From contig NMRA01000103.1 of assembly GCA_002633005.1 (NCBI GenBank), positions 775,612-839,611 on the forward strand: 64,000 nucleotides of DNA, given 5' to 3'. Origin of the DNA: Phoronis australis. Taxonomy: Eukaryota; Animalia; Phoronida. The notes under the pieces are model-generated. The model did no database searches, was not told the origin of the DNA, and saw only the letters and a program-made list of their open reading frames with translations. This document shows positions 52,301 through 62,282 of the stretch, piece by piece. Numbering within the stretch: the stretch's first letter is position 1; every line of letters begins with the position of its first letter. Made by a program: the position numbers and the translations under genes.

Positions 52301-55300
52301 TGACATCATCTACTGCGATGTCACCATCGTAACCAAACATGGAAACGCCTTCGAGCACCATCTGGTAGGCACCTGTTGACTGAACATGCACTTGAGCAGG
52401 TTTCCAGTCAGGGCCTTGATTTCCGACCTTGGTCCACGTCAGGGTGTTGGTGGCTCCTTGCCGTGTGTACATGTTGAGGGAACCAATGCTGGCACCATAC
52501 ATGTGATACCAGAACGACACGCAAACACCCTCCTTTTGTACGTTCACAGGTAAACTGACCACACGAGCTGTATCATTCTCCCTCTGCCCGCTAACTTCGA
52601 TGTAGATGTACGAGCCAGAGGCAGAGCCAAGGGTGTGATCATACTTTGGACCTGTGCCTGAAGATGCAGTACTTCCTTTGGTGCGTGTCCAGTTGAAATT
52701 GGCCGTCAAGTCAAACGTCCACATGCAGAAGTCCTGTTCAAAGTCGCAGTCGTTCAGTGATGGTGGTCCGGTTGGAGAGATTGTTGGCACTGTAGTCGCC
52801 ACGGTGGTAGATACCGTCGCACACGGCTTGGTCGATATGAAGACATCGTCGAGAGCGATGTCGCCTGTGTAGTTACCCCCGTGAACACCTTCGAAGTAGA
52901 CTGTGAACTCATCGTCATACTGAAGATCAATCTGGGCAAATTGCCATAAATTGCCTTGGTTACCAGAAAGCGTCCAGAGAAGAGTAGAGTCGACACTTAA
53001 AGAAGCATTGAGGTAGACATTGAGGGTGCCTACACCAGCACCATACATGTGGTACCAGAAACTGAGGCAGCGCCCACTGGTGGCTGCAAAGTGTTCACTG
53101 ACAAGATGGGCCTTCTCACCGGCAAACCGGTAGGTGCCAGATGTCTCAATGTAGGCGTAAAAACCTTGGTTAGTTCCGGTGGAGTGATCAACAGTTGGCC
53201 CGGTGAAAGAACTTGGTGACTTTCCATTGTTTCTCAACCAATCAAAGTCGTCACCCTGGATGGCGTTAGTCCAGCCACAGAAGTCCTGCTCAAAATCACA
53301 CCTGCCCATGGGAGGACAGAATCCATCGTTGATTTGCACATCGTCAAGGGCGATATCTCCTTGGAAGTTGTTTCCAGTGGTTGCAATGAAATTCACCACA
53401 TAATCAGCACTCCTTATGTAAGGAAGGTTTATCTGCAATGACACCAGTGGATGAGTTTATAACAGCAGCATGCTAAAATTATATTTAGGTTAGAACCAGC
53501 ATTAGTGGCCTTGTTTATTCCAATGACTCATTTCGTAAACAAGAGCAATGCGAAGCATTGAAATGCACCCATGAATGCATCGCTAACGGTGCGCTTCTGG
53601 GGATGTATATCTGCATCATAACAATGGCCACTAGATGGCGAAAATACATCGAATCCATCCGTAAGCGGGAACATGCCATAGCTTCTTATAGAAAGGTATT
53701 TTCAAAATTTCATAAAAATCTGTCAAGATCTTCAGAGAAGCAAAGGATAACTGTACAGAAAAAAAAGAAATTGCCAATAGGGGGCGCAGAGTTCTCCAGA
53801 TTCGTCTGAAAGTCGTCCTTGTCCATTTTCAACTTCATACAAATACACTTGCTAAATTGAATGAAGATCTTACAGTAGGTTTAGGAGGTTTAGGAGATAC
53901 AGCTATGAGCAGTAAAAAATGCCACTAGGAGGCGCCACAGCAGGCAAAGTCGTCGGAAAATCATCATCACCTATCCTATTCACACTAAAAACTTGTACGC
54001 CAATTTTCACAATCATCCTTAGAATGCTTTGGTTGATAGAGGGGCGGACTCGAAATCAGAAAAAATGGCCATTAGGTGGCACAAAATACCTGGATTCCAT
54101 CCGAAAACTCGAGGATACTGTCATCTCACCAATAGATGGCTATATTCCAAATTTTATGAAAATCCGTTGAGGACCTTTGAAGATATAGAGGTATACATAA
54201 AAATTAAAATAGTCACTAGGGGGCACACCGGTAGTAAAATCCGACCAAAAGTTGTCTAGTGCTAAATTAATAACGATTCTGCAGTGTTAAGGAGATTCAG
54301 CAATGGGCGAAAAAACAAAACTACCACAAGGAGGTGCCACAGTAGTCAAAGTCGTTAGAAAATCATCCTCATCCGTCCTCTTTATAGTAAGAGCATACAT
54401 GACAACTTTCACAATCATTCTTAGAGTGGTTTCGTTTATAGAGAGGCGTATGCCAAAAAAATCGAAAACAGTAAAAATGGCAACTAGATGGCACAAAATT
54501 CTTTGAATCCATTCGAAAATGGGAGGATGGCGTCGTCATCTCATTAATAGATGCCTAATTAGTATGTGCCAAATTTCGTGAAAATAAGTTGACGACCTTT
54601 AAAGATACAGAGACAAACGTAAAAACTAAAATTGCCACAAGGGGCACAGCGGTATTCGGGTCTGTCCGAAACTTGTCGCCCTCTGTCGTCAAATTTCATT
54701 AAGATCTTGCAAGGGACTTAGGAGATACAGCCGCGGATGACGGACGCCCAGAAAGTGATGACAGCAATATGCACCCACATATAAATATGTGGGCGCATAA
54801 AAAAGGCTTCACTGGCTAAATTATACTACGCACTGTACATCCGTCAAAAAAGCAAAGTTATTTCTTACTAGATTTTATTCCAACTCATTTTGAGACCTGT
54901 GCTAAGTGACTTAAAGAAACAAAAAAACTTTAGCCTACATAAATTTCAGCTGATGACACATGATTTTTTGTGCTTTGAATTCGTGTAACGTCTCAACGTT
55001 ACACAAATTCAAAGCACATAAACAATGTTTTAAAAGCCATGACTTGCCACACGATGACTAAAAAACACATCATTTTTGCTTATATCAGGTTATATTTTTT
55101 CAAAAACACAAGCAACTAAAATGAAAATACTGCATTGCTGGCTCCATTTTCAAAAAAAAAAAAACAGTCCAGAACCAACAATGCAGTTTGGCCCAATAAC
55201 CAGTTTTGCACTTTTGAAGAAAAACTTAAAAAAAGTTTAGAATGTTCATGACTTTGTGTTGCAAATGTTCTTGTGAAAGCCTAATTTCACTGGTAACTTT

Positions 55301-58300
55301 TCTGAACAACCCTAGTGTTGAAAAACAACAACCCCAGAAATAAAATCAGTCACAAAAGAATCAAATCCTTAACCACAACTGATTAATTTGAACTCAACCA
55401 AGCCGAAGCACTCAAAAGAAAACAGAAGTAGAGACTTCTGCAGGCAAAAACGCAGGATCAACAATAACCTGCATTTCCGCTACTAATAATGGCCACCAAG
55501 GCCTCACCACAGAATCTGTCTATGCCCTCATACATACCAAAATACTAACCTGTCCTCTACGCCAGAGGTTGTCCTGGTTTCCAGATCGCTGCCACAGCTG
55601 GGTTCCATAAGCATTGCCGACCTTATTCTGGTAGATCTCCAATGTTCCGATTCCTCTACCGAACATGTGATACCAGAACTGTAGGCAACGCGCTGCTCTA
55701 CCACTGTACTTGCGGCTCCTCAACACCGCCTTTTCACCTGAAGAGGAAACAAAAGGTCATCAAACTCTAAAGTCCTGCGTGGCATTTAAGGCATCAATCG
55801 GGAAAAACGTTTCCAATAGCAACACGAGAAGAGAGAAACAGAGTAACTTGGAAGTAATTTTCAGCCAGTAATTAATGCCATTTGCACAAAGCTTGTGACT
55901 CAAAGGCAATTAGATCAAATGGAAAAAAAGTTCAGCAAAATGAGACTAGACTTTGGACTTTGCCACGAGACCAGGTGATTTTAACCATGGCATAAGACAG
56001 CCTACGTCAGACAATTTTTCAATATTCGTTCCATGTTAAAGATAGGTTTATGTAGTTTCTCATACTCAAAATACATAGTTGAACAAAACAGACCTGCTAA
56101 GTGTACGGACAATTTAAAAATAAAAATATCAGCGAACCACTAGTTTTGCTAAGACTGAAGATGTATCTAATGGAAGACTCAAAATTCACTAGGTGATGAA
56201 ACAAGGGTTCCACCCATGCATTCAGACTCTCACATTGGACACTGAGCCCCCAAAAACCCCAAGCTGACGAATTTTCATTTCTCATCTCAATCTATTCGGA
56301 TGTTAAACAGAGAAACCATCTTCACTAGCACCCGCAGTAAGGGAATATTGAATCATCCATTACACCAAATTTTCCAAATAACTGACCTGGCCGTCTTGGG
56401 GATGACGTTTCTATGTAAGCAAACTTCCCAGAGCTGGACTGAGTGGTGTGATCAAACGGAGGACCCGTCCCAATTGACTGGGTGCCGTTAGACCCTCTTG
56501 ACCAATCAAAGTCGTCATCCTTTGGTTGCCACCAAGAGCAGAAACTTCCTTCAAAGTCGCAGTAGGGGTGCGCAGGGCAGCGGCCGGGCAGCATGACAAT
56601 GTCATCAATGGCAATATCACCTCGGAAGCTGGGACCAGTACGTGCTTCAATCACAATGCGGTAGTCAACGGGTGAGACAATCTGTCGTGTCGCTTGCTTC
56701 CACTGGTTACCCTGGGAACGAGAGCGGCCCCAGACAATGGTGCGGTTCTCATTGTTTTCCATGATCACCCGCAGGTTGTTGACGTCGGGACCAAACATAT
56801 GGTACCAGAAGGTCAAGCAGTGACCAGTAGAGTCCGTCCCTGGCAGGATTGTGCTCTCTAGACGGGCAACGTCGCCCCGTTTCCGTGGGCTTGACGACTC
56901 AATGTACACGTAATAGCCATCTCCTTTAGGACTGTGATCTGCAACAGGTCCTGTCTGTGTTGATTGGGTCACTCCTTTTTGCCTAGTCCAGTCAAATTGG
57001 TCATCTAAAGCTTGTGTCCAAGAGCAGAGATCTTTTTCAAAGTCGCAGTTCAGATCCGGTGGTGCCTGCGACGGGCTACACAAGAAGAACGATATATCAT
57101 CGATGGCAATATCGCTAGTGCTCGAGGCCGACGAAAATCCGCGATATGGTAGCACCTCAAAAACAATTTGGAAATTGCTGAGAGCACCCATCTTTGGACC
57201 AATCTGAGCTGTTCCCTTCCGCCAGCCATTTCCGCGATTTCCAAACGTTGACCACACCACTGTGGACGTTTTATTGACAACAACTCGGACCACCAGGGCA
57301 CCGACTCTAGGTCCGTACATGTGGTAGAAAAAGTTCATTTCGCACAATTTCGACGCTTGAGGAAGAACAGGGCTGATGAGAACAGCTTTGGTAAAATATT
57401 GTCCATTGGCGCCTTCTACATACATGTAGTAGCCCTGAGGTGTCTTCGTTGTGTGATCTTTAGTGGGGCCAGTGAAGTTGCTTGGTGTTTGTCCCTGATG
57501 GCGCACCCAGTCGTACTTGCCTGAGCTCAAGTCTGTCCATCCACAAAGGCCGGACTCAAAATCACATGGACCACAGTTCACCTCATCTGCACCATCGCTG
57601 CAATCTTGCTTGAAATCACACACCATATTGGAGTCGATACAGCGGGCATCTTTTGAGCAGTAAAAGCCAGTACCACATGGGTTCACTGTGGTCATCATCG
57701 TCGTTGTCATTCCCGTTGGCAGTTGACCAGTGTAGCGACGGCATCCACGTGTGAAAACAATGTCGTCGATAGCAACATCACCTGCCCATCCATTACCACG
57801 GATAGCTTCAACGACGACTTGGAAGTTCTGTGTACTAATCAGATTCAGTTGAACTCGTTCCCAATAGTCTTGGTTCTTCACAGATCGTGACCAGATGGTG
57901 TTGAGGTAGCCGCCAACCTGAGTTCTAGTATGCACCTTTAGTGTTCCCATATTGGCACCCTTCATATGATAGTAGAAGATGACCCGACAGTAGTTGCTCC
58001 TGGCAGCAGGCTGCCAAGCTCTGCTGAGCAACCGAGCAGACTGTCCTGGTTTAGCTGGGTTGGAGGCTTCAAGATAAAGATAAGAACCAGATGACAAGCC
58101 AGTAGTATGATCGTTAAAGGGGCCTGTATCCCCGTTTCTACCAGAAGAAGTAGTGCCACTATCTCTCTTCCAATCTAAAGCATCAGTTTTATCCTGCTTC
58201 CAGTCACAGAGCGACTGCTCAAAGTTACATCTAGACGGGTAGGCCCCGCATGACTTTTCATCCGAGTTGTCGCCACAGTCGTCGGTGAAGTCACATAGTC

Positions 58301-61300
58301 GGCTCTTGGCAACACAGGCTCCACGGCCACACTGATATTCCCACGTTCTACAAGAGGACTGTGTTGGGGGAAGAGCACAGTTGGTGAATGTGACATCGTC
58401 GATAGCGATATCCCCGCGTACGGAGAAGCTTCTCTGTGCCTGGATCTGCAGCTCAAAGTTTTTCTCGATGCGGCCAATGTCCACCGTTGCTTGTTGCCAG
58501 ATGTTGCCTTGGCTGCCGGTGCGCCGCCACAAGAGGGTAGTTCTTGTTCCCACTCGACTCACAACCTGCAACAAACCCAAACCAGTGGCGCTACCATACA
58601 TGTGGTACCAGAACTTCATCTGACATGTTGAGCTTGCTTGTTGGTAGACAGGGCTCTGAAGGGCGGCGATGTCATTGAATTTTCCATTGTCGGCATCTAC
58701 AAACATGTACTTTCCAGACGACTTCCCAAGGGTGTGATCGTTACGTGGTCCTGTGTTGGATGTATTGGTGCCATTGGATCCTACACTCCACTTGAAGGAC
58801 CCCTGGTGGACAGCCGTCCATCCGCACAATTGGTTGTTAGCCTTCTCAAAAGTGCACGTTCCACATTTTGCCTCATCGGCGCCATTGGTGCAATCTCTGT
58901 TGAAATCACAGACTTTATCGCTGGAGACAGTCTGTCCGCCACCACATTGGAATGTTGGCGATGGTGTTGTCTTGGGGCAAGCTCCAGTAGAAACAGCAAT
59001 GTCATCAATGGCGATGTCACCCCGATAGTCAGCGCCAGCAACACCTTCTATAACAACAGCATAGGACTGCTGGCTAGACAGGGTCACTTGGTCTGATAGC
59101 CACTGGTTACCTTGTCTACCACTTCGTGACCACAGCTGAAAGGTTGTACCATCAAGGTTGACCAATCTGATGGTTAATGTACCGATAGACACACCATTCA
59201 TGTGGTACCAGAAGGTCATACAACGGTCTAGTGAATTGCTGAACAGTTCTGATCTTAGACGAGCCTTGTCACCCTGTTTTTGTGGACTGGTCTCAATGAA
59301 GAGATAGGAACCTATTAAAAAGAAAGAAATATTCTAGGCACTTTTTTAAAATTCAAATGCAAAACAACAAATTCTGTGACATCAAACTTTGATTCATCTA
59401 AAGGAAAAATTTCGACATCAAATTTTGAAATCAACTAATAATAAATTTAAAGAAAAAACAGTAGTCCTGGTATCATACATAAGAACTTCACACCACAGAT
59501 GGTTTTAGAGCTTTAAAGGAGAATGCCACCCGATTTAATTAGTCTTTTTTGCCGTCTTAATCGGTCTATATCCACATCGCCTCGTGCACGGTCGACCTGA
59601 CCTTGCCAAGAGGTGTCCCGTTAACCTGTGAGGAAGGTGAGAAACGACGCTAGCAACGTCAGTGGTTCATATGCAGAGTGAATGCCGCTATGTTGCAGGG
59701 CATCGGTTCCCGCTTGTCCGAACTAAGCAGCTGCGAGGAAAGCAGGTATATCGTTTTTTTTTTTACTTCCTGGAGAGTCCGAAATGCTTAGGAAGTGGCT
59801 CATGGTAGTGAAGAATGAAATGTACGCTGTAAATTGCAAGTATGAGGCCGTGAAACATCTCCGTGTCTGTGGCCTGCAGACGTCGACAGTGCCCGACAAA
59901 TGCCGGCTTACCAAATAACTCCATACGTTACGTTGTCTGAGCTTGTTCACGGCGCCTCTCTAGTATTGCTTCATCACTGTATTCTTGTTCGAACTGATAG
60001 CCTGTAAATTTAACGATCCACCTGCGAAGTCGGGACTGATGAGCTCTAGCTCGTCCTAAGTCAGGATTGCGAGTTGCCATGTTGGCGTTTATTACTGAGC
60101 CTTCTGTTTCAAAATGAATTATTCTCACCTTAACCAATACTTATATAAAACTGAAACAAAGTCTGTCTCATTAGATGCAATTTGTAATGCTTTTGGAGTG
60201 TTCGTGAGTGCAAATGATTGGAGAAGTCAGCAATGAATAAATCACTACGTTACCGGCTTTAGGTGCAAACTAATTGACGGGACACCTAGGCCGTGTGAGC
60301 TCATGCTAATTTAGTGTTTGCTGACAGAAACTGTTGAAACAACTGGATTTCCATCCCATGGCCAGGGAATCTTTATTTACATTTACATTATTCAAATATG
60401 ATGATTGTCAATGTACAACTTCTGCCCTGACGGTGCTGTGGCCAAAGCGGAACCTGAATTCGACGAGTAAGTAGATTTGCAGTTTCGTGGCTAATTCACC
60501 AACATAATCAGGTGCACATTACTTTGGCTCACTAGTATAGTATTTTCTTGACTGGAAGTTTAGTTTCCACTGAACTTTGGCTGGTTTATGTTCATGATGT
60601 CTGATCAGTTTCCGAGCCACTGGCGGGGATAACGAGTCAAGATCTGGCCGGCCGCGACGGGCCTGATCGGGCTCCGAGCCACTGGCCAGGCTAACAAGCG
60701 TTTTTTGTGTTGAGAATTCAAAAAATCACAAGTCTAAACAACACACATCTAAGTTCTCCTGTCTGTATTGCATGGAAAATACTTCGAAATTATCTCCGAA
60801 CAGACCCCAAACTCCTGCTACGAACCTTATTGGCCTGCCGAACTTTGTAGGCTACGGTGGGTCCAAATACCAATAAATCCGTAAGAGCAAAGTAAAACAA
60901 CACGTTTTGTAAGAACTCGGTGTATTTTTAAGGGTTTTACATCGAACTTTGATGATTTATTGGTGTTAAATGATGACTTCAAGCGATAAGCTGACATCAG
61001 TAACCCGTGTTGTGAACTGCTGAACATGCTGCGTGTGAAACCGATGACGTCATTGGATAATTTCAACACCTCTGTCTGCCGTCAGGTGTCAGGTAACGCA
61101 ACCGTACGTGTCGTTATGGAGTAGAACTACTCGATCTAAATTCATGATACAAATTGTTGGTTGTTTTTTGGGTGGCATGCTCCTTTAACCCTGCTCTCAA
61201 GTACTATCCTAAGCAAAACTTTTTTAAATGCAAGTATCTTAATTCTTGACCTCCAAATTCAGTTATTGATGCCCTCAACCACTGTTTATCAAATGAATCA

Positions 61301-62282
61301 GTAAAACGTACCAGCTGATGTTCCCTGCGTGTGATCTGTACTTGGTCCAGTTGATAAACTGCCCGTTGCTCCTTGGTTTCTGAGCCAGTCAAAGTCGTCA
61401 CCAGTCCGATCGTTTGTCCATGTGCAGGTGTTCTGCTCAAAGTCACAACTGCCTGGTGGTGGGCAAGCACCATCCGTAAGCAGGACGTCGTCAATGGCAA
61501 TGTCACCTTGGTAACCGTTACCGCGGATTCCCTCAAAAACAATCTGAAAAAAATTTGTGAAGCGCAAAACTTAAATTACAGTTCACACGACGGAGTGAAA
61601 GAAACTATAATACAAAACTGCTATGTTTGATAAAAGTAAATTCTTCCTGAGCCATCAGGCAGTGGGTCCATTTCAATCTAGCTGGTTTCTGCACATGAGG
61701 CGGCCGAGTCTTTTTAACTTCGCCTTTTTGGGATGCTAGTCCATGACATGTTACTTCCCGTTCATGGCCAGTAATCATCTATAGCTGAGTAGACTGAAGC
61801 AATGTGGTTCAATTGCCTCGCACAAGGACACAACCACATGGCTGCAGTAGGAAGGGATGTAAAACACGACCTCCACACTAACCAATGAGCCACACTGGTC
61901 CAATACAATGGCAATTTGAAATATTGCGTGAAGCTGAAACTGCTATAACCGAATATCATCTGTGGTTTTCCACGATAGCCTAAGGTTTACGAAGCACTTT
62001 TCATCAATAGCTAAGGGGCACATACCTGGAAAGGACTGAATGATGTCACGGTGGTTTGAACCAGATTCCAGTTGGAGCCTTGGTTACCGGTGGCCGTCCA
62101 AATCGCATATCCCAGCCTTCGCTGCTGTCGGACGTAGACATTCAGTTTACCAATACTGGTGCCCTTCATGTGATATGCAAACCTTAGGCATTGACCTGTG
62201 GTCTTTGGGTACGTAGGGGAGATAAGTCTGGCTTTGTCGTTTGGTTTTCGTGGAGCTGACGTCTCAATGAACATGTAGTGTC
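25335..62282 (-). CDS. MALRD1: Giant MAM and LDL-receptor class A domain-containing type I membrane protein (MALRD1/MLRP-like); 5' end beyond the window
   Basis: 29 phase-consistent GT-AG exons: 62026-62282, 61312-61543, 56387-59311, 55550-55737, 46263-53432, 45266-45521, 44472-44657, 42731-42943, 42066-42286, 41359-41521, 40612-40709, 39861-40040, 39203-39290, 38605-38757, 37568-37708, 36506-36700, 35804-35947, 34814-34939, 34013-34150, 33308-33459, 32129-32333, 30541-30681, 29868-30023, 29354-29476, 28079-28228, 27357-27453, 26930-27008, 26066-26113, 25335-25400 (14,291 nt in total). MAM motifs (CxFE..Cx[19 protein letters not shown]), LDLa motifs (CD..DC.D.SDE), EGF, TM and NPxY. The symbol reflects family resemblance; one-to-one orthology was not tested. 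Confidence 0.92.
27357..27453 (-). CDS. MALRD1: Transmembrane exon (absent from the ORF track)
   Basis: [33 protein letters not shown]: a hydrophobic helix followed by basic stop-transfer residues. Confidence 0.88.
28079..28228 (-). CDS. MALRD1: Juxtamembrane EGF-like exon
   Basis: [35 protein letters not shown] (6 Cys); phase 1-1. Confidence 0.85.
28284..28342. repeat. (TGA/TGG)n microsatellite, intronic
   Basis: gtgatgatgatgatggtggtggtggtgttgatggtggtggtggtggtggaggtggtgata. Confidence 0.85.
32782..33033. mobile_element. MITE (~250 bp), termini reminiscent of PIF/Harbinger-type MITEs
   Basis: ctgggccttgttccaagaaatctga ... tcagtttcttggaacgggccccag. A shorter relative lies at 40152-40281. 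The superfamily assignment is inference. Confidence 0.7.
37826..38021. repeat. 38-bp minisatellite, 5 copies
   Basis: Unit aacatatgcactgcttaacatgcctgttgtaca(c/t)ggag; one copy has a 3-bp insertion. Confidence 0.95.
40152..40281. mobile_element. Short MITE of the same family as 32782-33033
   Basis: gggcctttccaagaaactgactta ... aagtcagttttcttggaatactccc. Confidence 0.6.
40879..41017. mobile_element. Palindromic MITE
   Basis: cagggcccatgaccacaaaatttttactcgagacttgaattcagaattgac ... gtcagttcttgaatcaagttcggagcaaaattttggtggtcacgagccccg; the arms pair over about 50 bp. Confidence 0.7.
43835..44041. repeat. 27-bp minisatellite, ~7.7 copies, E-box containing
   Basis: Unit atgttggtcacatcacgtgactgccaa; near-perfect copies. 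Confidence 0.95.
46263..53432 (-). CDS. MALRD1: 7,170-bp internal exon of the MAM-LDLa gene (11 complete and 2 partial MAM, 8 LDLa)
   Basis: ttgcag|ATA AAC ... GCA AAA|gtaagt; 2,390 uninterrupted codons within ORF 46242-53444. Confidence 0.95.
53538..54804 (-). mobile_element. Helentron-associated non-autonomous element (HINE-like), copy 2
   Basis: On -: T-run, palindrome tatgcgcccacatat-tt-atatgtgggtgcata (54768-54799), cgtccgtc, eight subrepeats, subTIR atgggtgcat, hairpin caatgc-ttc-gcattg (53546-53560) and ctcttgtt. Confidence 0.8.
56387..59311 (-). CDS. MALRD1: 2,925-bp internal exon of the MAM-LDLa gene (4 complete and 2 partial MAM, 3 LDLa)
   Basis: aatag|GT TCC TAT ... CCA G|gtcagt; contains most of ORF 56325-59219. 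Confidence 0.93.
59513..61188. mobile_element. Kolobok-like DNA transposon derivative (~1.67 kb) with TTAA target-site duplication
   Basis: ttaa-AGGAGAATGCCACCC (59517) ... GGGTGGCATGCTCCT-ttaa (61184); the TIRs match at 14 of 15 bases, with AG...CT termini. Internal peptide [13 protein letters not shown] (ORF 59928-60137). Confidence 0.75.

Noticed and set aside
23462-54804. The two CTCF-like arrays as a convergent loop anchor pair
   Set aside because: By the standard motif orientation the left array points left and the right array points right (divergent), so the convergent rule is not met.
46431-58623. Many 60-190 aa ORFs overlapping the giant exons
   Set aside because: Antisense or alternative-frame shadows of the MAM-LDLa coding sequence.
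35840-59030. Repeated RGD tripeptides as integrin ligands
   Set aside because: They are part of the MAM consensus (x)GDIAIDD strand, so they are not evidence of integrin binding.
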